From Chitinophagaceae bacterium (GTDB taxonomy: Bacteria; Bacteroidota; Bacteroidia; Chitinophagales; UBA10324): 64,000 bases of DNA. The stretch spans positions 72,385 to 136,384 of the forward strand of contig JADKFU010000002.1 of assembly GCA_016717285.1 (NCBI GenBank). The letters run 5' to 3'. Position 1 is the stretch's first letter, and each line of letters begins with the position of its first letter. Both the position numbers and the translations under genes were made by a program. Below, one piece after another: positions 1-8,013 of the stretch. The notes beneath the pieces were generated by a model. It had not been told where the DNA came from. It worked only from the letters and a program-made list of their open reading frames with translations, and searched no databases.

Positions 1-338
1 AAAATCAACTGCAACAGATACCGTAATAGCAACACCTGACCCTATTTCCAATCTTATCTAATTAAATGATCAAAATGAATAGGAAAACGCGTTCTCACAG
101 AATGGTATCTCTTGCACCCGATTTCAATCGGGTGATAATGATTGGCATTCAAATTTGCCGTCGATTAAAATCAACTGCAACAGATACCGTAATCGCAACA
201 CCTGTCTCCAATGTCAATTCCAATCTTACAAAAGCAAATGATCACGATTAATAAAAGAAATACGTTCGCAAAGAATAGTATCTATTGCACCCGATTTTAA
301 TCGGGTGAAAATGGAAGCGATTTAATTCAACGGCGATT
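1..338 (+). repeat. Two tandem repeat units (1-166 and 167-338), each with a conserved hairpin; the array is cut by the window start
   Basis: The units align by eye. The first 38 nt (aaaatcaactgcaacagataccgtaat[a/c]gcaacacctg) differ at 1 position. A ~43-nt block around the hairpins cacccgatttcaatcgggtg (115-134) and cacccgattttaatcgggtg (288-307) has identical stems and one loop change. The middle parts are more diverged with indels. A partial unit start (aaaaatc) follows at ~341. Confidence 0.8.
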
Positions 339-389
339 ATAAAAATCTTTCATTTAATTTACAATCTGCACACGATTAAAATCCAACAG

Positions 390-2852
390 GTGACTCAAGG
401 CATCAATCAAGATCGTTTTATAAATACACCGGAGGAAATTAAAGAAGCCATTCTCGACAATCTCTATTATGTGCAGGGAAGAACTCCGGAAATAGCCACT
501 TTAAATGATTGGTACTTGGCTGTAGCGTACACGCTTCGGGGCCGGATGCTCAATGGCTGGATTCCATCATTGAAAAAATTGCATAAGTCGGGTGAGAGAA
601 TAGTAGGTTACCTGTCGGCTGAATTTCTTGTCGGCCCTCACCTTGGCAACGTACTGATCAATCTTAATATTCATGATGAAGTAAGAAAAGCGATAGAACT
701 GCTGGGGCTTGATTTCAACAAGGTGATTCAACAGGAAGAAGAACCCGGACTTGGAAATGGCGGACTTGGAAGACTGGCAGCCTGTTATCTTGATTCGCTC
801 GCAACACTTAAAGTGCCCGCTATTGGTTATGGAATCCGATATGAGTTTGGAATTTTTGACCAGCGCATTGAAAATGGTGAACAAGTGGAAATTGCTGATA
901 AGTGGCTCCGGTTCGGTAATCCATGGGAATTTCCACAGACGGAGATTGCTTACAAAGTGAAGTTCGGCGGTCATACGGCAGCACAAACGGATGATGACGG
1001 TAAGTATCGCGTAACCTGGACACCTGATTACGAAGTGAAAGGAGTGGCCTATGACACACCAATTCCGGGATATAAAAATGACAACGTTAGTTTTTTACGG
1101 TTGTGGAAATCAGAAGCGGTGGAGTCGTTCGACTTCGGTGAATTCAACCGCGGCAATTACGAAGCTGCCGTAGATGAAAAAATAAGGGCCGAAACATTTT
1201 CCAAAGTGCTTTATCCGAATGATGTGCCTGAAGCCGGTAAAAGGCTGCGGCTGAGTCAGCAGTATTTTTTTGTTTCCTGCTCCTTGCAGGATGCTATCCG
1301 TATGCAACAGCTCCGTGGACATCCGTTGAATGCGCTCCATGAAAATGTTGCCTTACAACTGAATGATACGCATCCATCCATCGCCATTCCGGAGTTGATG
1401 CGGTTACTTGTTGATGAACATCAGATGGAGTGGAAAGAGGCCTGGAAGATTACGCAACAAACTTTCGGTTATACCAATCATACATTGTTACCGGAAGCAT
1501 TGGAGAAATGGCCGATGTATTTATTTCAGTCTGTGTTGCCAAGGCATCTCGAAATTATTTTTGAAATCAATCAGCGATTCCTGGATGAGGTGAAGGAGCG
1601 GTTTCCCGGTGATGATCAACTGTTGTCGCGTCTTTCTATTATTGATGAGGCCGGCGGCAAAGCAATTCGAATGGCGCACCTCGCATCCGTGGGCAGTCAT
1701 CACATCAATGGCGTATCGGCTTTGCATACGGAGTTACTGAAAAAGGAAGTGCTGCATGATTTCTATACGGTTGCTCCGGAAAAATTCCTGAACATCACTA
1801 ACGGTGTAACACCAAGGAGATGGATGAAACAATATAATCCAGGATTGAGTGCTCTTCTTACCGAACACCTGGGCGATAGTTGGGTTACACATCTTGAAAC
1901 AGATTTAAAGAAATTAACGCAACTGGCTGATGACACTGCTTTTCAATCAAGATGGAAAGAAATCAAGCAAAAAAATAAACGGGCACTGGCTGATCAACTC
2001 ATTATTACTACCGGTGTGCTGGTGAATCCGGAATCGCTCTTTGAAATTCAGGTGAAGCGGATTCATGAATACAAGCGACAGCATTTAAGTCTGTTGCACA
2101 TCATCACACAATTCAACCGGATTAAAAAAAATCCGGAAGCCGAAATTGTTCCACGCACTTATATATTCGGAGGTAAAGCTGCTCCCGGATATTTTCTTGC
2201 CAAGCTCATTATCAGACTCATCAATGCAATGGCTGAAACCATCAACAACGATTTTGATGTGGCGGGAAGAATGAAAATTGTTTTCTATCCTGATTTCAAT
2301 GTAAAGAATAGTGAAAGGTTGTATCGCGCAGCAGACCTCTCAGTGCAGATTTCTACTGCCGGAAAAGAAGCATCAGGAACCGGTAACATGAAATTTTCCA
2401 TGAACGGCGCGCTCACCATCGGTACGCTGGATGGTGCCAATATTGAAATACGGGATGCTGTGGGCGCTGAAAATTTTTTCCTCTTTGGGAATACCGCCGA
2501 TGAAATTGCTGCATGGAAAGCCAAAGGATACCGTCCGCTGGATTTTTATGAACAGCATTCTGAGCTCAAAGAAGCAATCGATACGATTCAGTCTGGAATT
2601 TTTTCGAATGGTGATAACAGTGTATTCAGACCATTGGTCGATTCACTGCTGAATGATGATCCTTATTTTGTGCTGGCAGATTACGATGCTTTTATAAAGT
2701 GCCAGGAAAAAATTGCTGAAACATATCTGCAATCTGAGAGGTGGTTGAAAATGTCAATCCTCAATGTAGCCGGGATGGGTTATTTTTCTTCCGACAGGTC
2801 GGTGCGGGAATACTGTGAAAAAATTTGGAACATAAAGCTCCGTAAGAATTAA
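390..2852 (+). CDS. glgP: Glycogen/maltodextrin phosphorylase (GT35)
   Basis: 820-aa ORF with a GTG start. It carries the canonical PLP-lysine region EASGTGNMKFSMNGALTIGTLDGANIE and shows full-length phosphorylase-like sequence (LGNGGLGRLAACYLDS). Confidence 0.95.
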   Translation: MTQGINQDRFINTPEEIKEAILDNLYYVQGRTPEIATLNDWYLAVAYTLRGRMLNGWIPSLKKLHKSGERIVGYLSAEFLVGPHLGNVLINLNIHDEVRKAIELLGLDFNKVIQQEEEPGLGNGGLGRLAACYLDSLATLKVPAIGYGIRYEFGIFDQRIENGEQVEIADKWLRFGNPWEFPQTEIAYKVKFGGHTAAQTDDDGKYRVTWTPDYEVKGVAYDTPIPGYKNDNVSFLRLWKSEAVESFDFGEFNRGNYEAAVDEKIRAETFSKVLYPNDVPEAGKRLRLSQQYFFVSCSLQDAIRMQQLRGHPLNALHENVALQLNDTHPSIAIPELMRLLVDEHQMEWKEAWKITQQTFGYTNHTLLPEALEKWPMYLFQSVLPRHLEIIFEINQRFLDEVKERFPGDDQLLSRLSIIDEAGGKAIRMAHLASVGSHHINGVSALHTELLKKEVLHDFYTVAPEKFLNITNGVTPRRWMKQYNPGLSALLTEHLGDSWVTHLETDLKKLTQLADDTAFQSRWKEIKQKNKRALADQLIITTGVLVNPESLFEIQVKRIHEYKRQHLSLLHIITQFNRIKKNPEAEIVPRTYIFGGKAAPGYFLAKLIIRLINAMAETINNDFDVAGRMKIVFYPDFNVKNSERLYRAADLSVQISTAGKEASGTGNMKFSMNGALTIGTLDGANIEIRDAVGAENFFLFGNTADEIAAWKAKGYRPLDFYEQHSELKEAIDTIQSGIFSNGDNSVFRPLVDSLLNDDPYFVLADYDAFIKCQEKIAETYLQSERWLKMSILNVAGMGYFSSDRSVREYCEKIWNIKLRKN

Positions 2853-2860
2853 AAAACATT

Positions 2861-4963
2861 ATGATGAGCTTGACTACAGCGAGTGGAGTAACGAATGAAC
2901 GAGGCCTCTCACATCCGTTGGGTGCCACGCTAACAAAAGATGGCGCTAACTTTTCTCTCTTTTCAAAAAATGCCACCGGTGTAGAGTTGTTGTTTTTTCG
3001 GCACGTAAATGACCTCCGGCCTTCGCATGTTATTCAACTTGATAAGAGTCGCAATAAAACATATCATTACTGGCATGTTTTTATTCCCGGAATAAAATCC
3101 GGGCAACTATACGGTTATCGTGTGCATGGTCCCCATGATCCCGTTAACGGCCATCGTTTTGATCACGATAAAATATTGCTCGACCCATACTGTAAGGCAG
3201 TGGCAGTTCCCGATGGTTTCAACAGAGATGAATTCAAACAGCATGGCAAAGCAGTGGCTCCATCCATGAAAAGTGTAGTAGCTGACCTGTCACTTTACGA
3301 TTGGGAAGGGGACAAGCCGCTCGAGTTGCCTTTTTCAGAAACCATTATTTATGAGATGCATGTGGCAGGTTTCACGAAACATCCTAATTCAGGAGTTGCA
3401 GCGGAGAAAAGAGGAACGTATAAAGGGCTGATTGAAAAAATTCCTTACCTCGTCGACCTGGGAATTACTGCTGTGGAGTTGCTTCCTGTTTTTCAGTTTG
3501 ATAAGCAGGACTGTCCGGTTGGGAAAGTAAATTATTGGGGTTATTGCCCGGTCTCTTTCTTCGCGCCACACCAGGATTATTCTTCTGGCTCAAATCCTTT
3601 GCAGGCGCTGGATGATTTTCGCGACATGGTGAAAGCATTTCATCAGGCCGGATTGGAAGTGATATTGGATGTAGTGTTCAATCATACGGCAGAAGTAGCT
3701 GAAGATGGGCCGACGTATGGATTTAAAGGAATCGACAATAGCATTTACTATATCCTCGACAAAGACAAATCGAAGTATGCGAATTACTCCGGCACGGGAA
3801 ATACACTCAACGCTAATCAATCTATTGTAAGAAGAATGATTATTGATTCCATTCATTTTTGGGTGAAAGAAATGCACGTGGATGGATTTCGTTTCGATCT
3901 CGCTTCTATACTTGCGCGGGATGAGTCCGGCGGCACACTGGTAAATCCGCCATTATTATGGGACCTTGAATCAGATCCTGTACTGGCAGGTGTGAAGCTC
4001 ATTGCAGAAGCATGGGATGCTGCGGGATTATACCAGGTAGGATCTTTTGCCGGTGATAGCTGGAAGGAATGGAACGGAAAATTCAGGGATGATGTGCGTT
4101 CGTTTTTGAAAGGTGATAACGGTGCTATTCCACACCTTGCTTCAAGGCTTTTAGGAAGTCCTGATATTTATTTGCAGAAGGACAGGGAACCGGAACAGAG
4201 CATCAACTTTGTTACATGCCACGATGGATTCACATTGAATGACCTGGTTAGTTACAATGAAAAACACAATGAAGAGAATGGTGAGCGCGGCAATGACGGC
4301 ACTAATAATAATTTAAGCTGGAACTGTGGTGTAGAAGGCCCTACCGATCTTATGATGGTAGAAGCGATCCGCAATGTGCAGGTGAAAAATTTCCTCACCA
4401 TCAACGTGCTGTCACTCGGTGTGCCCATGCTTTCGATGGGTGATGAAGTGCGCAGAACACAATATGGAAATAACAACGCCTATTGTCACGATAGTGAATT
4501 GACATGGTTTGATTGGTCACTGTTGGAGAAGCATGCCGACGTTCTTCGGTTCGTGCAAATTCTGAATGGCGTAAGAAACATCCGCGACACTGCGCAAAAA
4601 AAATATCAAATGAGGTTGAAGGAGCTGCTTGATAAACCGCTTATATCATGGCACGGAGTAAAGCTTAATAAGCCTGACTGGGGTGAATCCTCACATTCCA
4701 TTGCTGTTACTACATTGTCAATCGGAGGATCAGTACTGATGCATTACCTTTTCAACGCTTACGACAAGCCGCTTGTGTTTGAAATACCGGCCGTGAATAA
4801 AGCTGCCGGTCAGGTTTGGAAAAGATGGATCGATACTTCACTTCCTTCCCCACATGATATTTCCTTTTGGGATGATGCTCCTGTTCATGATGGAAAAACG
4901 TATGACGTACAGCAACAATCTGTGGTAATTCTGTTTACAAGAATAGATTCAAAAGCAACCTGA
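2861..4963 (+). CDS. glgX: Glycogen debranching enzyme (GH13 isoamylase-type)
   Basis: 700-aa ORF 8 bp after glgP. GH13 conserved regions are present (VILDVVFNHT, GFRFDLASIL, EAWD, FVTCHDGFTLND), and the N-terminus is of the GATL...GANFSLFS type. Confidence 0.9.
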   Translation: MMSLTTASGVTNERGLSHPLGATLTKDGANFSLFSKNATGVELLFFRHVNDLRPSHVIQLDKSRNKTYHYWHVFIPGIKSGQLYGYRVHGPHDPVNGHRFDHDKILLDPYCKAVAVPDGFNRDEFKQHGKAVAPSMKSVVADLSLYDWEGDKPLELPFSETIIYEMHVAGFTKHPNSGVAAEKRGTYKGLIEKIPYLVDLGITAVELLPVFQFDKQDCPVGKVNYWGYCPVSFFAPHQDYSSGSNPLQALDDFRDMVKAFHQAGLEVILDVVFNHTAEVAEDGPTYGFKGIDNSIYYILDKDKSKYANYSGTGNTLNANQSIVRRMIIDSIHFWVKEMHVDGFRFDLASILARDESGGTLVNPPLLWDLESDPVLAGVKLIAEAWDAAGLYQVGSFAGDSWKEWNGKFRDDVRSFLKGDNGAIPHLASRLLGSPDIYLQKDREPEQSINFVTCHDGFTLNDLVSYNEKHNEENGERGNDGTNNNLSWNCGVEGPTDLMMVEAIRNVQVKNFLTINVLSLGVPMLSMGDEVRRTQYGNNNAYCHDSELTWFDWSLLEKHADVLRFVQILNGVRNIRDTAQKKYQMRLKELLDKPLISWHGVKLNKPDWGESSHSIAVTTLSIGGSVLMHYLFNAYDKPLVFEIPAVNKAAGQVWKRWIDTSLPSPHDISFWDDAPVHDGKTYDVQQQSVVILFTRIDSKAT

Positions 4964-4973
4964 GCACTGAAAT

Positions 4974-5693
4974 ATGTACACTGCATTATACATCACTGAG
5001 CTCAATATCAAGAGAAGAATATGGGTGTACTTGCCGGGTGATTATGCAATTTCAGAAAAACGATATCCTGTGTTATACATGCAGGATGGTCAAAATCTTT
5101 TTGATGTGAAGGCTTCGTTTTCCGGAGAATGGCAGATTGATGAATACCTTGATTCTGTAAATTTTGCGGGAATAGTAGTGGGAATCGATAATGGCGGTGA
5201 AACACGGATCAATGAATACAATCCAAATAACACGGAGCAACATGGCATGGGATTAGGCCGTGTATATCTCAATATTCTTGTTACAATCCTGAAACCATAT
5301 ATCGATAAAAATTTCAGAACCATTTCTGGACCAGGGCATACTGCTATAGCAGGCAGCTCACTCGGTGGATTAATTTCTTTTTATGCAGGGTTGTACTATC
5401 CAAAAGTATTCGGCGCTGTGGGTGTCATCTCTCCTTCCTTCTGGCTGGTGCCGGATGTGTTAGCGCAGATTGATGCCATGCCGGCAAAAGGATACGAGCA
5501 TCAGCGATATTATTTCTACGGCGGAAAGAAAGAAGGAGAGAACATGGTACCGTTGATGGAAGCCGTCAGCAGCCGCCTTGAAAAAATAATGAAGTGCAAG
5601 GTGATAGTAAGCATCAGTGAAACCGGCACCCATAGCGAAAGCAGCTGGCGGAAAATGTTTCCGGCTTTTTATGAGTGGTTGCGAAGAAAATGA
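4974..5693 (+). CDS. Putative esterase (alpha/beta hydrolase, esterase-D/enterochelin-esterase-like)
   Basis: 239-aa ORF 10 bp after glgX. It has a GxSxG nucleophile elbow (AGSSLGG) and a YLPGDY...YPVLYMQDGQNLF N-terminal motif typical of this family. Confidence 0.7.
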   Translation: MYTALYITELNIKRRIWVYLPGDYAISEKRYPVLYMQDGQNLFDVKASFSGEWQIDEYLDSVNFAGIVVGIDNGGETRINEYNPNNTEQHGMGLGRVYLNILVTILKPYIDKNFRTISGPGHTAIAGSSLGGLISFYAGLYYPKVFGAVGVISPSFWLVPDVLAQIDAMPAKGYEHQRYYFYGGKKEGENMVPLMEAVSSRLEKIMKCKVIVSISETGTHSESSWRKMFPAFYEWLRRK

Positions 5694-5772
5694 AAGAAGG
5701 TATCTGTAATTTTTTTTGCTACCTATCAAAAGTATTATGAAAACGGTAATCTATTAAACCGGATCTTTTATT

Positions 5773-6223
5773 TCAAAACGTAACGCCAAGGTTCATTATG
5801 CCGAATTGTTCCTCCGAAAATGGATTGAAATAATATCCTGTTACAGTAAACCAATTTTTCTGAAATGCGAGCAAACCGCCTTCTTGAAAATCCAATGCCG
5901 TCTCCTGCATCCTTATTCGCTGTGTTACAATACCAAACCAGATCCAGTCTTTCGGTGAGAAATATGCTTCACTCCAATAGGATAAAAAATTATCATCGCT
6001 ATTATCCAGTCAAAACAACAAAGGGCACAATAAAAACAATCATCCCCTCAAAAAACCTGAACGAGGCGCCGTATTCCCAGGTGTTGGCAATGAGAAAGTT
6101 TGTTGCCTGCCGAAAATTATAGCAGCACGGACATGTTTGAAACAATTGTAACGCTCCGGCATTTTCAAAAGCAATTGGGTTGAGTAAAAATATCGGGAAA
6201 ATAAAACCGGAAACTGTCTGCAC
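5773..6223 (-). pseudogene. Possible frameshifted remnant of a small outer-membrane beta-barrel protein
   Basis: A minus-strand open frame at 5773-6009 has no plausible start. It reads ...FLSYWSEAYFSPKDWIWFGIVTQRIRMQETALDFQEGGLLAFQKNWFTVTGYYFNPFSEEQFGIMNLGVTF*, with alternating-hydrophobic strands and a terminal Phe (OMP beta-signal-like). The adjacent ORF 6002-6223 (...YGASFRFFEGMIVFIVPFVVLTG*) is in another frame and looks like its upstream part. Confidence 0.3.
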
Positions 6224-6340
6224 GCCAGGGTTGTTTTAGACTTATGATGTGCAGATAGCAACAGGAGAGATGAAAATCGCTCCACGAAAAGTACCGCTTC
6301 CCAAATGCTGTGATGGCGAAATATTTTTTGATCGAAAAAT

Positions 6341-6916
6341 TCAACCTGTTGCGAAAAGTAATGCCAGCGCTATGCTGTTGGAAACTCTTGTTGCAAGAAA
6401 TATATCTGTCATGAAAATAAATGGAATGGCAACAGGAAAAGTGGAGATGAACACAAGCAGAAAAGTTTTTACAGCCCCTAAAATGTCATTCCAGGTTACA
6501 ATTGTTTTGTGAGGTGGCGCCGGAAGTTTCTTGATTTCGCTGCGGAAATAACTGTAATGTTCATCCTTTAACAATAAGCCCATCACAGGAGGCAAAGCAT
6601 CTCTGATGGCCTCATCTGCTATTGTATCAGTAGGAGCATTCCGTATGAGGTGAACGGCATCCATGGATATTCCACGATACATCATCACTGAAAAAATGTA
6701 AATGAAAGAATCAATAATTCCCCATGCAACATTACAACCATGCCCCACATACAGACGGACTTCATTGCGACATTCTGTTGCAATATTAATGGTACAGGTA
6801 AAAGTAAGTACCATGATGAGTCCGAAAATTACTTCATTGATGCGCTCTACGGTATCAAGCTTACCGCTGTTCTGCTTAATGAGTCCGTGCCAGAAAGTTG
6901 TTTTCACGACTGCCAT
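6341..6916 (-). CDS. VIT1/CCC1-like membrane protein, possibly C-terminally truncated
   Basis: 191-aa ORF with hydrophobic helices flanking a soluble segment, the topology expected for the VIT family. It ends ...NSIALALLFATG at a TGA that is followed by 32 in-frame sense codons. Confidence 0.55.
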   Translation of the reverse strand: MAVVKTTFWHGLIKQNSGKLDTVERINEVIFGLIMVLTFTCTINIATECRNEVRLYVGHGCNVAWGIIDSFIYIFSVMMYRGISMDAVHLIRNAPTDTIADEAIRDALPPVMGLLLKDEHYSYFRSEIKKLPAPPHKTIVTWNDILGAVKTFLLVFISTFPVAIPFIFMTDIFLATRVSNSIALALLFATG

Positions 6917-7089
6917 AAGAAAATGATTATTTGCTATAATTATTACGTGTAATATAGGTATCCGTGGCAGAAAAATAAATGCTATAGGTCATGCTGCTAT
7001 TTTTGGTTTATCATTACAATATTAAAGTACTGAATGCTACAAAAAGAATGATAAATTGTAGCATTGCACCATCATTCAAACTGATTAAT

Positions 7090-7461
7090 ATGGAACTTAA
7101 CGCTTTGTCAATCCGCCCTTTTATCGGTGCCAGGAATTTTGAACTTTCCCGCAGCTTTTACCGCGACCTTGGTTTTACGGAAAGCGTTTTAAGTCCCAAC
7201 TTTTCTTATTTCAAAACCGGAGCATTCGGATTTTATCTGCAGGATGCTGATGTGAAAGACTGGATAGATAATACCATGGTTTTTGTAGAAGTGCAGGATG
7301 TTGAACTTTTTTGGAAGGACGTACAATCATTAGAACTGGCTGCTAAATACGAAGGCGTTAGATTGGTGCCAATACGCAAAATGGAATGGGGCAAAGAGTG
7401 TTTTGTGCACGACCCTTCCGGGATTCTGTGGCACTTCGGAGAATTCAGTAAAAGTAAATGA
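7090..7461 (+). CDS. VOC/glyoxalase-bleomycin-resistance family protein
   Basis: Internal ATG (MELNALSIRPFIGARNFELSRSFYRDLGFTE...) of ORF 6991-7461; ~123 aa. The N-terminal beta-alpha-beta pattern and the ...DPSGILWHF C-terminal motif are typical of VOC proteins. Confidence 0.65.
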   Translation: MELNALSIRPFIGARNFELSRSFYRDLGFTESVLSPNFSYFKTGAFGFYLQDADVKDWIDNTMVFVEVQDVELFWKDVQSLELAAKYEGVRLVPIRKMEWGKECFVHDPSGILWHFGEFSKSK

Positions 7462-7507
7462 ACCTCACGCCGTTTCTGTTTTTAAGAATTTCAAAAGAAT
7501 TAAAACG

Positions 7508-7852
7508 ATGGCATACAACGAAAAATTAGCAAGCCAAACACGTGAAATTATTGCCGAAACACACGACCATGTGGAAGAGAAAAAAATGTTTGGCGGATTG
7601 TGCTTCATGGTAAATGATAAAATGTGTGTTGGTGTAGAACAGGAACGCCTTATGGTTCGGCTTGATCCGGCGAAGTATGAGGAAGCCATGCAAAAGGAAG
7701 GATGCACACCAATGGATTTCACCGGAAGAATTATGAAGGGTTATGTATTTGTTGCTATCGAAGCACTGAACACAAGAAAAAAGCTTGCTTACTGGATTTC
7801 ACTGGCATTGGAGTTTAATAAAACAGCGAAAGCATCAAGGAAGAAGAAATAG
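7508..7852 (+). CDS. TfoX N-terminal domain family protein
   Basis: Internal ATG (MAYNEKLASQTREII...EKKMFGGLCFMVNDKMCVGV...LMVRL) of ORF 7403-7852; 114 aa. The KMFGG...F..NG.M motif is characteristic of TfoX_N. Confidence 0.6.
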   Translation: MAYNEKLASQTREIIAETHDHVEEKKMFGGLCFMVNDKMCVGVEQERLMVRLDPAKYEEAMQKEGCTPMDFTGRIMKGYVFVAIEALNTRKKLAYWISLALEFNKTAKASRKKK

Positions 7853-8013
7853 TCACGTACTATTAATTTGAGGTGGAAGCAGGCCGGAATTTTTCAAATG
7901 AGAAGTCCGCCATAAAATATATTTTAACGGATCTATCTGTGCTACTTTATATCCGGAGCTACATTAATTTTTTTACTGAAAAATATTAAGTTGCACTATA
8001 TCGATGTCGAAAA

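Noticed and set aside
66-251. 61-aa ORF inside the tandem repeat
   Set aside because: It spans the unit boundary. The paralogous frame in the second unit is stopped early, and the differences between units are not biased toward synonymous changes.
1-347. Possible CRISPR array (repeated ~36-nt hairpin-containing sequence at 100-140 and 273-313)
   Set aside because: The two hairpin blocks are ~130 bp apart and the intervening sequence is itself homologous between units, including a 38-nt block with one mismatch. These are therefore tandem long repeats, not repeat-spacer units. There are only two copies and no cas genes in the window.
390-5693. glgP-glgX-esterase as a novel system
   Set aside because: This is ordinary alpha-glucan catabolism. 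An esterase-D-like gene adjacent to such genes is unremarkable, and nothing in the sequence is unusual.
6341-6343. TGA reassignment (code 4/25-type) suggested by the in-frame TGA in the VIT-like gene and the TGA at 24801
   Set aside because: TGA is used as a genuine stop by well-conserved genes here (glgX at 4961-4963, the esterase at 5691-5693), with protein ends at the expected positions.
5865-6512. Plus-strand ORFs 5865-6122 and 6249-6512
   Set aside because: They lie antisense to the beta-barrel remnant and to the VIT-like gene. Their composition is not protein-like and they have no motifs.
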